Assembly: GCA_035279785.1 (NCBI GenBank)
Contig: DATEHC010000017.1
Span: forward strand, 20,695-84,694
Direction: 5' to 3'
DNA from: Candidatus Dormiibacterota bacterium
GTDB lineage: Bacteria; Chloroflexota; Dormibacteria; Dormibacterales; Dormibacteraceae
DNA length: 64,000 bases
Shown: positions 29,857-39,282 of the stretch, piece after piece
Position numbering within the stretch: the stretch's first letter is position 1
Layout: each line of letters opens with the position of its first letter
The notes under the pieces: model-generated
Told to the model about the DNA's origin: nothing
The model's database searches: none
The model's input: only the letters and a program-made list of their open reading frames with translations
Position numbers and translations under genes: made by a program

Positions 29857-30495
29857 TTATTGCTTCCAGTCGAGCGGCAGGCCGGCCTCGAGGTGTGCGA
29901 GCGCACCGTCCGCGAGCTTGACCATGTCCGCCTTGGGGTCCTCGCTCACCGTGAGCATGGCCGCGAGGAGCACGCCGAGGACCGCGCCGGCCATGTTGCG
30001 CACGGCGAAGTCGGTCGTGTTCTTGCCGGCGCGTGTTGCGAGGAGCTCGGCCACCTGGTTCACGAGGTCCGCGAACTGGCTGAACATCGCGCCCCGGAGC
30101 TCGGGTGTCCTGAGGAAGAGTTGCGTGCGTTCGCGCACGAGCCGCTCCTGGTCGGGCGTGAGATTTTCGAACACGGCGCGCATCGCGTTGCGCAGGCGGC
30201 GGATCGGGTTCACCGTGCTGGGCTGTGCATCGAACGCCTGCAGGATCAGAGGATCGAGGTCGTCCTGGAAGACGACCGCCTCCTTGCTCGGGAAGTAGTT
30301 GAAAAAGGTGCTCGGCGAGATCTCGACCGCCTCGGCGATCTCCTCGATCGTCGTCTCCTCGAAGCCCCGCTCCAGAAAGAGGCGCATCGCCTCCTTCTGG
30401 ATCGAGGCTCGGGTCCTGACCTTCTTGCGCTCGCGTAAGCCCGGCGTGCGGGCCAGGCCCGATAAGGACGCGCTTCCCGCGCCAACTGAATTCAA
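29857..30495 (-). CDS. TetR-family transcriptional regulator
   Basis: 212 aa. HTH 'IQKEAMRLFLERGFEETTIEEIAEAVEISPSTFFNYFPSKEA'. Confidence 0.9.
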   Translation of the reverse strand: MNSVGAGSASLSGLARTPGLRERKKVRTRASIQKEAMRLFLERGFEETTIEEIAEAVEISPSTFFNYFPSKEAVVFQDDLDPLILQAFDAQPSTVNPIRRLRNAMRAVFENLTPDQERLVRERTQLFLRTPELRGAMFSQFADLVNQVAELLATRAGKNTTDFAVRNMAGAVLGVLLAAMLTVSEDPKADMVKLADGALAHLEAGLPLDWKQ

Positions 30496-30496
30496 A

Positions 30497-32032
30497 TCAC
30501 GCCACCTTCTCGACTGCCGGCTGCACGGCGATGGATGCGCCGCTGCGTCCCGGAAGGAAGATCAAGGCGAGGAGGGCGGCCAACGCGGCGATTCCCGCCG
30601 AAAGCATCAGCGCCGCGTCCATGCCCCGGACGAATGCATCGTGAACGGATTGAAGCAGACTCGGCGCGTGGAGCTGGGTCGCGACCGCGTCACCCGCGAA
30701 CACGCTCAGCTTCACCTTCGCCGCAATCGCGGCCGGCAGCCCGGTGAGGTCGAGCTTCGACTGGTACACGGTGACAAGGACGCTGCCCAGCACCGCCGAC
30801 CCAAAGGGCGCGCCGACCTTCTGCATCGCCTGGAGCAGCGCTGAGGCCACGCCGCTCTGGTCGCTCGGCACTTCCTTGAGAGCTGCCGACGCCGCGGTCG
30901 CGAAACCGACGCCCATGCCGAATCCGACGATCGCCATCCACGTGATCACAAAGGTGGTGCTCGAGTCGAGCGCGGTCCGCGATCCGATCAGGAGTCCGAT
31001 CGCGGTGATGAAGAACCCGACCGCGACCGTGTATCGCGGGCCCACGCGCCGCGCGACACGGTCCGCGGGCACGGCCCCAACAATGAGGCCGGCGATGATC
31101 GGCAGCAGTCGTACGCCCGAGCCCTCGGGGTCGAGCCCCAGCACGCCCTGCGAGTACTGCGGCAGCGTGAATACCATGCCGATCAACGCCATGCCGCCGA
31201 GCGCGGCGAGGATGACGCCCCACGTGAATCCGCGCGATTGGAACAACGTCAGGTCGATCAGCGGCCGGCCGCCGGGACGCTGCGTCAAGAAGCGCTCCCA
31301 GAGAAAAAAACCGACGACGGCGACGACGCCGGCGACCAGCACCGCGAGCGACCTCGGGTCGGTCCAGCCGTTGCGGCCGAGCTCGATCAGGCCGTAGGTC
31401 ACGGCTGCGAGGCCGCCGCTGGCCAGGACGATGCCCAGCGGGTCGAGCGCCGGGCGCTCCGGGGCGCGCGACTCGGGCACGAGCGCGACCACGGCGATGA
31501 GCCCGACAAGCGCGACGGGCACGTTCATCAGGAAGATCCAGCCCCACCAGAAATTGGTGAGCAGCCATCCGCCGAAGATCGGCCCGATGGGGAGGGCGAC
31601 GAAGTTCGCGGCGGCCCAGATCCCGACCGCGCGCGGGCGCTCCTCCTCGTCGAAGAGGACGGTCATCACGGACAGCGCCATGACGACGATGGCCGCGCCG
31701 GCCAGGCCGAGCACGAGCCGGCCGGCCAGAAACTGTCCGGAGTCGACCGCATACGCGCAACCGACCGAACCGGCTCCGAACAGGACCAGCGCGCCGATCA
31801 GGATCTTCTTGCGGCCGAACCGGTCGCCCAGCACCCCCGCCGGCAGCATGCCCGCGGCCAGCACGAGCGCGTAACCGGACGAGAACCACTGCAGGTCGGA
31901 TTCCGACGCCTTGAGGGCGTTTGCCAGCGTGGGGAGGGCCACGCTCAGCACGGTGATGTCGAGGCCGACGGCCAGCACACCGAGCGTCAGCGCCGCCAGC
32001 GCCCACCACTTTCGGTTCCCAATCGAGTTCAT
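30497..32032 (-). CDS. MFS transporter, DHA2 (EmrB/QacA-like, 14-TMS) drug:H+ antiporter type
   Basis: 511 aa. About 14 hydrophobic segments and motif A 'GVLGDRFGRKK'. Its stop lies 1 nt before the TetR start. Confidence 0.9.
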   Translation of the reverse strand: MNSIGNRKWWALAALTLGVLAVGLDITVLSVALPTLANALKASESDLQWFSSGYALVLAAGMLPAGVLGDRFGRKKILIGALVLFGAGSVGCAYAVDSGQFLAGRLVLGLAGAAIVVMALSVMTVLFDEEERPRAVGIWAAANFVALPIGPIFGGWLLTNFWWGWIFLMNVPVALVGLIAVVALVPESRAPERPALDPLGIVLASGGLAAVTYGLIELGRNGWTDPRSLAVLVAGVVAVVGFFLWERFLTQRPGGRPLIDLTLFQSRGFTWGVILAALGGMALIGMVFTLPQYSQGVLGLDPEGSGVRLLPIIAGLIVGAVPADRVARRVGPRYTVAVGFFITAIGLLIGSRTALDSSTTFVITWMAIVGFGMGVGFATAASAALKEVPSDQSGVASALLQAMQKVGAPFGSAVLGSVLVTVYQSKLDLTGLPAAIAAKVKLSVFAGDAVATQLHAPSLLQSVHDAFVRGMDAALMLSAGIAALAALLALIFLPGRSGASIAVQPAVEKVA

Positions 32033-32051
32033 CTCGCCACCTCCTTCAACT

Positions 32052-32092
32052 TTAGAGTCACTAGTAAATATAGCAACTCTAAAAATCTAGTG
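32052..32092. promoter_or_regulatory. Nested inverted repeats in the AT-rich MFS upstream region (candidate TetR operator)
   Basis: TTAGAGT (32052-32058) pairs with ACTCTAA (32076-32082), and CACTAG (32059-32064) pairs with CTAGTG (32087-32092). Located 20-60 nt upstream of the MFS start codon. Confidence 0.45.
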
Positions 32093-32139
32093 GCTATTCC
32101 GAGAGGTCACAAAATCGCGCCCATTCGATCCTCTTCTTC

Positions 32140-32490
32140 GTGGAAGAACCCCTCTTCGCGCCGGAGCATCGGCACCGTCATCATGTAGGCGTGGGTGCCA
32201 ACAAGGCCTGGGACCGTTTCGAATCTGACATCCAGGGATTGGCGGGCGAGTTGAAGCGTCACTACCGCACCGCGGGCAGCGCTACCGATGCGAAGGCGAT
32301 CGATCAGTCGCTCGAGCAGCTGCGGCAGGCGGCCGAGACAGCGTTCAAGTCTCTCGAGAATGCGACTCGCGATCCCGACGTGCGCGACAAGACCAAGCAA
32401 ACGGCGCGATCCTTTGGCATGGCGGTCGCCGAGACCTTCCGTGACCTCGGTGAGGAGATCGACAAGGCCGTCCGCAGAAACCAGGGCTAG
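32140..32490 (+). CDS. Hypothetical helical protein
   Basis: GTG at 32140, with an alternative GTG at 32191 ('GANKAWDRFESD...'). Coding-like GC3. No family recognised. Confidence 0.5.
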   Translation: MEEPLFAPEHRHRHHVGVGANKAWDRFESDIQGLAGELKRHYRTAGSATDAKAIDQSLEQLRQAAETAFKSLENATRDPDVRDKTKQTARSFGMAVAETFRDLGEEIDKAVRRNQG

Positions 32491-33614
32491 GCCCGGTTTG
32501 CGGCCGCCTGCTTTGCGGTCATGATCCGCGCTACGTCCGCGGGCGAGAGGATCCCGACCAGCGAGCCGTTGTCGAACACCAGCACGCGCTGATTGATGCC
32601 GGCGCCGATTCGCTGGATCAGGGCGGAAAGGTCCTCGCGCGGGGTGGTCACGGGCACGTCGTCGATCGGTCGCGCGACATCGATGAGGTGCTTGGCGGCG
32701 CGCTCGGGCGGAGGCAAGCGCACGAGGTCGGACAGCCTCACCACGCCCGTCAGCCGGCCCGACTGCTCGTGGATCGGATAGGTCGTGAAGCTGTGATTGG
32801 GCGCGATCGATTCCATGAACTGCTCGACTGTCACCCAGTCCGGGAGCGTGACTACAGGCGAGGTCATCGCCGCCGAAACAGGAACTGACCTCAGCAGGGT
32901 GCGCACGTTGCTTCCGGCCTCCTCGGCCGATGCGGCGGACAGCAGGAACCATCCGAGGAACACGATCCAGATGCCGTTGATGACAGCTCCGAAGAACAGC
33001 TCCAGCACGCCCGCGCCGATCATCAGGAACGCGAACACACGCCCGATCCTCACCGCGTTGTGCACGCCCTGCCGGCGGCTTCCCGAACGCCACCAAAGGA
33101 AAGAGCTCAGCAGGCGGCCGCCGTCGAGCGGAAACGCGGGCACGAGGTTGAAAAGCCCGAGGGCGAGGTTGGCGAAAGTCAGGTAGGCGAACAGGTCGGA
33201 GACGAGCGCGTTGACGTGTTGCGTCACGGAGCCGATGCCAAACGCAATGGCCGCGACGCCGAAGCTCGTCAGCGGGCCGACTCCGGCGATCAAGGCCTCC
33301 GACCGCGCGGTCGCCGGCTCGCCCTCGAGCTGGGATACGCCCCCGAACAGCCACAGCGTGATGCCGCTCACCTTGACGCCATGGCTGCGCGCGACCAGGG
33401 AATGCGAGAGCTCGTGGGCGAGCAGACACACGTAGAAGAGGAGGGCGCCCGCGGCCGCCGTGAGCCAGTAGAGAAGCGGCGCGTAGCCTGGCGCGTCGAC
33501 GGGGAGGACGTTGGTTGCGAGCGTCCACGTCACCAGGGCGAAGATGAAGACCAGGCTCCAGTTGAAGCCGATCTCGATGCCGAACAATCGCCCGAGCCGG
33601 ATGCTCGGATTCAC
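32487..33614 (-). CDS. Site-2 protease family (M50) zinc metalloprotease with CBS pair
   Basis: 'HELSHSL' (HExxH) and 'NLVPAFPLDGG', followed by two CBS-like repeats at the C-terminus. Confidence 0.9.
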   Translation of the reverse strand: MNPSIRLGRLFGIEIGFNWSLVFIFALVTWTLATNVLPVDAPGYAPLLYWLTAAAGALLFYVCLLAHELSHSLVARSHGVKVSGITLWLFGGVSQLEGEPATARSEALIAGVGPLTSFGVAAIAFGIGSVTQHVNALVSDLFAYLTFANLALGLFNLVPAFPLDGGRLLSSFLWWRSGSRRQGVHNAVRIGRVFAFLMIGAGVLELFFGAVINGIWIVFLGWFLLSAASAEEAGSNVRTLLRSVPVSAAMTSPVVTLPDWVTVEQFMESIAPNHSFTTYPIHEQSGRLTGVVRLSDLVRLPPPERAAKHLIDVARPIDDVPVTTPREDLSALIQRIGAGINQRVLVFDNGSLVGILSPADVARIMTAKQAAANRA

Positions 33615-33640
33615 CGCGGAGTCGAATATACAGTTAGCCC

Positions 33641-34339
33641 GTGCGCGCGGCCGAGCAACTTCACACCGATCGCCCGGCGCTCCTTTTCGACCTCGACGGC
33701 ACTCTCATCGACAGCGTCTATCAGCACGTGCTCGCGTGGAAGGACGCGCTGGAGTCGGCCGGCATACCCCTTTCGGTGTGGCGCATCCACCGGCGGATCG
33801 GCATGAGTGGCGGCCTATTCCTGCGCGCGCTCGTGCGCGAGACCGGTCGCGAGCTCACCGCTGAACAAGCCGACGGTTTGCGCCGGGAGCACGAGAAGCG
33901 ATACGCCGGCCGCATCTCCGAGGTACGGCCTTTGCCCGGCGCGCAGGCTCTGCTCGATGAGCTGACGAGGCTCGGCGTGCCCTGGGCGATCGCGACGAGC
34001 AGCAGCGAGGTAACCGCGCGCACCTCGCTCACGCTGCTGAGCCTGCCGGACGGCGTGCCCGTCATCACGCGCGACCGCGTCGAGTTCGCGAAGCCGAATC
34101 CCGACCTCTTCCTCGCCGCGGCACAGGCGCTTCGCCGGCCCATCGCCGAAAGCTTCGTCGTCGGTGACAGCGTGTGGGACCAGCTCGCCGCGCAGCGAGC
34201 GCACTCGCTGGGCATCGGCCTGCTGTCCGGCGGATACGGACGCGAAGAGCTCGAGTCGGCGGGCGCGTATCGCGTGTACGACGACCCACTAGACCTCCTC
34301 GAGCACGTGGACGAGCTGGGCATCAGGAGGCGCGTCTGA
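33641..34339 (+). CDS. HAD-superfamily hydrolase (phosphoglycolate phosphatase-like)
   Basis: 'LLFDLDGTLIDS' motif I and 'VGDSVWD' motif IV. GTG start. Confidence 0.85.
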   Translation: MRAAEQLHTDRPALLFDLDGTLIDSVYQHVLAWKDALESAGIPLSVWRIHRRIGMSGGLFLRALVRETGRELTAEQADGLRREHEKRYAGRISEVRPLPGAQALLDELTRLGVPWAIATSSSEVTARTSLTLLSLPDGVPVITRDRVEFAKPNPDLFLAAAQALRRPIAESFVVGDSVWDQLAAQRAHSLGIGLLSGGYGREELESAGAYRVYDDPLDLLEHVDELGIRRRV

Positions 34340-34356
34340 GCCCTGGTCTTGGAACA

Positions 34357-34656
34357 ATGGCCTCGATGAAATTTCAGGTGCGCGAGTACACGGTCAAGCC
34401 GGGCGAGATGGACGAGTGGGTGGCGGAGTGGCGCTCGAAGGTCGCGCCGCTCCGCAAGAAGATGGGGTTCGAGATCCTCGGTGCGTGGACGGTCGATGGC
34501 ACCGATCGGTTCGTGTGGATCATCGGGTACGACGGACCGAAGTCGTGGGACGAGGCCAACGACGACTACTACGCATCGCCGGAGCGCAAGGCGCTCGATC
34601 CCGACCCGGCGCGCCACCTGACGAAGACCGAGACTCGCCTGATGAGCCCAGCTTGA
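34357..34656 (+). CDS. NIPSNAP family protein
   Basis: ATG at 34357 within ORF 34174..34656. 99 aa, 'REYTVKPGEMDEWVAEW...GAWTVDGTDRFVWIIGY' pattern. Confidence 0.7.
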   Translation: MASMKFQVREYTVKPGEMDEWVAEWRSKVAPLRKKMGFEILGAWTVDGTDRFVWIIGYDGPKSWDEANDDYYASPERKALDPDPARHLTKTETRLMSPA

Positions 34657-34662
34657 TCGAGG

Positions 34663-35070
34663 TTAGGGCTCTTCTTCCTCGCTGATCACCGAGTCTCGCG
34701 ACAGCTCATCCTCATCGGAGTCGGCGAACAGGTCGCGGATCTCGGCTCCGCCCGACTCGAAGTCCCCGATGTCGTCGGTCGAATCCTCCTCGACGACCTG
34801 GCCCGACTGCCGCGACTCGGAAACCAGCTGGTCGAACGCGCGCTGCGCCGCGTCTGCCGTCGGATACTCGTAGAACTCCCTGTCTTCGGGAAGCTCGGCG
34901 CCTTCGGTCTCGTCGGTGCCGTGGCGGAAAACGTAGCTGCGGCCGTCGTCGGGGTCGTGCAGCAGCGAGAGGTATTTCTCGCCCCTCAGCCGCACGCGCC
35001 TCTCGGCCTGCTCATCGTTTTCGAGCTCGAGCAGGCGGCTGACGATCTCCTCCTCACTCCGCTCCGCCAT
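34663..35070 (-). CDS. Hypothetical acidic protein (135 aa)
   Basis: ATG at 35070 within the long ORF 34663..35802. Asp/Glu-rich. No family recognised. Confidence 0.5.
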   Translation of the reverse strand: MAERSEEEIVSRLLELENDEQAERRVRLRGEKYLSLLHDPDDGRSYVFRHGTDETEGAELPEDREFYEYPTADAAQRAFDQLVSESRQSGQVVEEDSTDDIGDFESGGAEIRDLFADSDEDELSRDSVISEEEEP

Positions 35071-35094
35071 GACTTCTAGACTAGCCCGATCGGG

Positions 35095-36231
35095 ATGGGG
35101 GGCACGGTGTCGCACACAAAGCCTTCGGGCACGTATCTCGAAACGCCCGACATCACGCTGGACGAGCTTCGGCTCGCGGTGCGCAACCATTCGATGCCGC
35201 ATGAGGCCCTCCGGTATCCGATCACCCCGATCGGTCTTCACTACCTGCTGATCCATTTCGACATACCGCAAGTCGACGTCGCGGATTACGCGTTGACGAT
35301 CGGCGGCCAGGTGCGCAATCCGCTGCGTCTGACTCTCGACGACGTCAAGGCGCGGCCCGCGCGGACGCTGGCCGTCACGCTCGAGTGCGCGGGCAACGGC
35401 CGCGCACTGACGTCGCCGCGTCCGCAAAGCCAGCCGTGGCTCGGCGAGGCGGTTGGCACCGCCGAGTGGACGGGCACGCCCCTGGCCCCGCTGCTGCGAG
35501 AAGCCGGCCTGAGAGACGGGGCGGTCGCCGTCGCCTTCACCGGTCTCGACCGCGGCGTGCAGGGTGGCATCGATCAGCTCTACGAGCGCAGCCTCTCGGT
35601 CGACGACGCGCTCCGCGACGAGGTGCTCCTCGCGTACGCCATCAACGGGCAGCCGCTGCCGCCGCAGCACGGGTTTCCACTCCGCGTCATCGTCCCCGGC
35701 TGGTACGGGATGACGCACGTGAAGTGGCTGCGGTCGATCACGGTGCTGGATCATGAATTCGTCGGGTACCAGCAGGCGACCAAATACCAGTTCCGCACGC
35801 ATGAAGGTGAAGATGGCGAGCCCGTGACGCGCATGCTCCCTCGCGCGCTGATGGTGCCCCCCGGCATGCCCGAGTTCATGTCGCGCGCGCGATTCGTCGC
35901 GCCGTCGGTGCAGACCATCGAAGGGCGCGCCTGGTCCGGCCGCGGCGCGATCACGTCGGTCGAGGTGAGCGGGGACGGAGGGGCATCGTGGTCACTCGCG
36001 CAGCTCGGGCCCGCGGTGTCTCCGTACGCATGGCGAGGCTGGAAATACACGTGGGATGCAACGAAGCCGGGCGAGTACGAGCTGTGCGCCCGCGCGACGG
36101 ACGCGGCCGGCAACGTGCAGCCGCTCGAGCAGCGGTGGAGTCTCGAGGGCGTCCAGAACAACGCGGTGCAACGGGTGCGCGTGGTCGTGGGCGCGGCCGA
36201 CCGGAAGCAAGAGCCCGCCGACTCCCAGTAG
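35095..36231 (+). CDS. Sulfite-oxidase-family molybdopterin oxidoreductase
   Basis: 378 aa. Mo-ligand Cys context 'LECAGNGR', plus 'GFPLRVIVPGWYG' and a C-terminal dimerisation-domain-like region. Confidence 0.85.
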   Translation: MGGTVSHTKPSGTYLETPDITLDELRLAVRNHSMPHEALRYPITPIGLHYLLIHFDIPQVDVADYALTIGGQVRNPLRLTLDDVKARPARTLAVTLECAGNGRALTSPRPQSQPWLGEAVGTAEWTGTPLAPLLREAGLRDGAVAVAFTGLDRGVQGGIDQLYERSLSVDDALRDEVLLAYAINGQPLPPQHGFPLRVIVPGWYGMTHVKWLRSITVLDHEFVGYQQATKYQFRTHEGEDGEPVTRMLPRALMVPPGMPEFMSRARFVAPSVQTIEGRAWSGRGAITSVEVSGDGGASWSLAQLGPAVSPYAWRGWKYTWDATKPGEYELCARATDAAGNVQPLEQRWSLEGVQNNAVQRVRVVVGAADRKQEPADSQ

Positions 36232-36232
36232 C

Positions 36233-37408
36233 GTGAGCAACGTGCCTCGACAGACGGCTCCATCGGACGCCGTCGATCGCCTGCTCCAGGCGTGGCGGGG
36301 CGAGGTCGAGGCCAACAAGACTTACGCGCTCCTCGCGGACCGCCTCGGCAACACTCGCCGGGGCGAGATCATCCGCTCCATCGCCGCCGCCGAGGCTTCG
36401 CATCGCGAGCGCATCGAGCGCCGGCTGCGCGAGCTCGGCCAGCCGATACCTGACCCCGAGACGGTGAAGCTGTCGCCGATGCAGCGTCTGCAGGCTCGCG
36501 TGGCGCCGGTCGAGATGATCCTGCAGCGCATGGAGGCGGCCGAAGAGTTCGAGATCACGGACCGCTACAAACGCAGCACGGGGGACCCGAAGACCGACGC
36601 CGTGCTCGAGGAGATCCGCATCGAGGAGGAGGGGCACTCGCGCTCGCTCGAATCGATGGAGGTTGCCCACCGCGCCGAGCCCGCTCCGTCGAGCGTGCAG
36701 AGCCGGCTCAATCGCATCCTCGGCCGCGAGTCGTGGCACCGCACGGGAGCCGGATGGATCTCGGGCGCGATTTACGGCGCCAACGACGGCCTCGCCGCCG
36801 TGTTCGGGATCGTCGCGGGCGTGTCCGGCGCGACCGGAGGCTCGAGTTTCGTGCTGACGGCCGGGTTGTTCGGCGCCATCGCGTCCGCGTTGTCGATGGC
36901 CACCGGCGCATTTCTTGCGGAGCGTTCCGAGGGCGAGGTGGCCGCGGCCAACTTCGAACGCGAGCGACAGGAGATCGTCGAGCACCCCGACGAAGAGAAG
37001 GAAGAGGTGTCGCTCTTCTACCAGCTCAAGGGTGTCGACAAGGAAACCGCGGACCGGCTCGCGGAGCAGCTCGCGAAGAATCCCGACGCGCTGCTGAAGC
37101 TCCACGCGCCCGAGGAGCTCGGGGCGAGCGAGGCGTCGGGCAACCCGGTGCAGGCCGCCATAGCGGCGGGCGTGAGCACTTTCATCGGCGCCATGGTCCC
37201 GGTGGTTCCGTTCTTCTGGCTTCGCGGCACGACCGGCGTGATCGTGGCCGCCGTCGTTTCCCTGATCGCGCACTTCCTGGTCGGCGCGTCCAAGGCGCTC
37301 TTCACGCTGCGCTCGTGGTGGTCGGCGGGACTCGAGATGACGCTCGCCGGGGTGATCGTCGGGGGCATCACCTACGCGATCGGGTTGGTGCTGCGAGTCG
37401 GCGGCTGA
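36233..37408 (+). CDS. VIT1/CCC1-family iron/manganese transporter with N-terminal ferritin/rubrerythrin-like domain
   Basis: GTG at 36233, 1 nt after the upstream stop. 'EASHRERI ... EEEGHSRSL' di-iron-like helices, then 'GANDGLAAVFGIVAGV' and TM helices. Confidence 0.85.
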   Translation: MSNVPRQTAPSDAVDRLLQAWRGEVEANKTYALLADRLGNTRRGEIIRSIAAAEASHRERIERRLRELGQPIPDPETVKLSPMQRLQARVAPVEMILQRMEAAEEFEITDRYKRSTGDPKTDAVLEEIRIEEEGHSRSLESMEVAHRAEPAPSSVQSRLNRILGRESWHRTGAGWISGAIYGANDGLAAVFGIVAGVSGATGGSSFVLTAGLFGAIASALSMATGAFLAERSEGEVAAANFERERQEIVEHPDEEKEEVSLFYQLKGVDKETADRLAEQLAKNPDALLKLHAPEELGASEASGNPVQAAIAAGVSTFIGAMVPVVPFFWLRGTTGVIVAAVVSLIAHFLVGASKALFTLRSWWSAGLEMTLAGVIVGGITYAIGLVLRVGG

Positions 37409-37443
37409 GCGCGGGACCGTACAAATGTGCTATATGATTAAGG

Positions 37444-38265
37444 TTGAGCACGCCTCCAACCGATGCCCTGGCGCGCCTGAAGGCCGCGAGCAAGTGGATG
37501 TGGACCCAGGGCGACTATCCAGCTGTCGCCAGCCTGCTCGAGCCATACGCCCAGCAGCTCGCTGACCTCAGCGGTGTTGAGGCGCGGACTCGGGTCCTGG
37601 ACGTCGCTGCCGGAACCGGAAACTTCGCCCTTGCCGCCGCCCTACGCGGGGCTTACGTCACGGCGAGCGACATGACGTCGCACATGATCGAGCTCGGCCG
37701 CGCGCGGACCGAGGAAGCGCGCCTGCCCATCGAGTGGGTCGAGGGCGATGCCGAAGCGCTGCCGTTCCCCGACTCCGGGTTCGACCTGGTCGCCTCGGTC
37801 TTTGGAGCGATGTTCGCGGCCCAGCCAGGCCTGGTCGCGCGCGAGCTGTTCCGCGTGTGCCGCCCGGGCGGGACAGTGGCGATGGCCAACTACAGCCGCG
37901 AAGGATTCCTCGGTGGGATGGCGGCGCTCTTCGAGCGCTATTCGAGCCGCCAGCTCGCGGTCGAGATACCGTCGCCGTTCGACTGGGGCGATGAAGAGGT
38001 CGTGCGCAGACGACTTGCGGCGGACGCGTCCGCGGTCGATGTCAGGCCGGGCACGATCACCTGGACGTTCGACTCGGTGGAGGCGACGTTCGAGTTCTGG
38101 GAGAGAACCAACGCGCCGACGATCGCGCTCCGCATGACCATCGAGCCCGAGCGCTACGCCGCTTTCCAGGACGACGCGCGGAAGCTGATGCGCGACCTGA
38201 ACTCCGCTTCCGACGGTGGCGTCGAGCTCAGGTCGTCCTACCTGAACGTCCTCGCCACCAAGTAG
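37444..38265 (+). CDS. Class I SAM-dependent methyltransferase
   Basis: TTG start. Motif I 'VLDVAAGTGNFALAAA'. Methyltransf_11-like. Confidence 0.85.
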   Translation: MSTPPTDALARLKAASKWMWTQGDYPAVASLLEPYAQQLADLSGVEARTRVLDVAAGTGNFALAAALRGAYVTASDMTSHMIELGRARTEEARLPIEWVEGDAEALPFPDSGFDLVASVFGAMFAAQPGLVARELFRVCRPGGTVAMANYSREGFLGGMAALFERYSSRQLAVEIPSPFDWGDEEVVRRRLAADASAVDVRPGTITWTFDSVEATFEFWERTNAPTIALRMTIEPERYAAFQDDARKLMRDLNSASDGGVELRSSYLNVLATK

Positions 38266-39204
38266 CTAGGCGCGCGCGGCCTCGTAGCTCCATGTTGAGG
38301 ACGCGATGGAAGCGATCAGCTGCCAGCCCGCGTCGCCGCCCATCCCGTCCGTCATGACCACCAGGACGTACGCGCCGGACGGTCCATTCCTCACGAGAGC
38401 GGCGTCGTTCTCGACCAGGTCGATGGTCCCCGTCTTGTGCACCACCGTGCTGCGGCCGTTCAGGCCGGCCGGTATCCCCGCTTCGGTGACGGTGCCGCTG
38501 AGCATCGGATACAGCCACGCTTGCGCGGCCGCCCCGCCGAGCGCTCCCTTCGCCTCGGCCGACCATAGCTTCGCGAGGTCGATGGCGGTAGTAGTGTTGG
38601 CGGTGAAGAACGTCGAATCGGTGGCGCCCATCGACGCCGCCCACGCATTCAGCGCATCGGCTCCGCCGACGTCGCGAACGAGCATGTGGCCGGCCGTGTT
38701 GTCGGAGTAGAGCCCGGCGCGGCGCGCCAGCTCGTTGCGCGTGTAGCACATGCCGTCCGCGTAGTCGTCATACCAACCGTCCTCGTAGTCCGCGTCCTCG
38801 TAGCACACGGCGCCGTTGGGATCGGTTGCGCCCGCGGCGATGTTCTGCGCTTCCAGCATCAGCGCCGCGAGCTTGTACGTGCTGGCTGCGGTGAAGACTT
38901 CGTCGCCGTTGTAGGTCCAGGTCAGGGGCGCCGGTCCGCCGAGCTCGATCAGCGCGACGCCGACGGAGCCGCTGCTTTCCTGCACGAGCGGTTCGATGGT
39001 TGCGGTCAGGCTCATCGGGCTGCGTGCGACGAGCTCGTTGATCGCGGTCAGCAGCTGATGGGTCCCCGCGACCGCGAGCGTCGATGCCGATGACGCGCGG
39101 CGCGCGGGTGCGGTCGGGGTGCGCGCCTGCGCGTCCTGTGCCGCCGGCGCCAGTGCGATGACGACCACGCCGGCCACGACCAACACGCGCGAGGCGACCT
39201 TCAC
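38266..39204 (-). CDS. Secreted serine hydrolase, class A beta-lactamase-related
   Basis: Signal peptide present. All three motifs are present: SxxK 'STYK', SDN 'YSDN' and KTG 'HKTG'. Confidence 0.75.
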   Translation of the reverse strand: MKVASRVLVVAGVVVIALAPAAQDAQARTPTAPARRASSASTLAVAGTHQLLTAINELVARSPMSLTATIEPLVQESSGSVGVALIELGGPAPLTWTYNGDEVFTAASTYKLAALMLEAQNIAAGATDPNGAVCYEDADYEDGWYDDYADGMCYTRNELARRAGLYSDNTAGHMLVRDVGGADALNAWAASMGATDSTFFTANTTTAIDLAKLWSAEAKGALGGAAAQAWLYPMLSGTVTEAGIPAGLNGRSTVVHKTGTIDLVENDAALVRNGPSGAYVLVVMTDGMGGDAGWQLIASIASSTWSYEAARA

Positions 39205-39282
39205 GACTTTTTCTTGTTGTCACGGTGCGAGCCGTGTCTAAGAATTGGCTGAGTCGCCGGTAATGTTTTTGCAAGGGCGGGC

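Noticed and set aside
30690-33528. Large alternative-frame ORFs (30690..32009, 31238..32188, 32107..33528)
   Set aside because: They overlap the MFS transporter and M50 protease genes out of frame or antisense. Arg-rich translations are typical of non-coding frames at high G+C.
34460-34480. tRNA-like 'GGTTCGAGATCC' (T-arm-like) strings here and 'GGTTCGAGTCGAG' near 50250
   Set aside because: Both lie inside coding sequence with no acceptor or anticodon arm context. The second is part of the SECIS-like hairpin.
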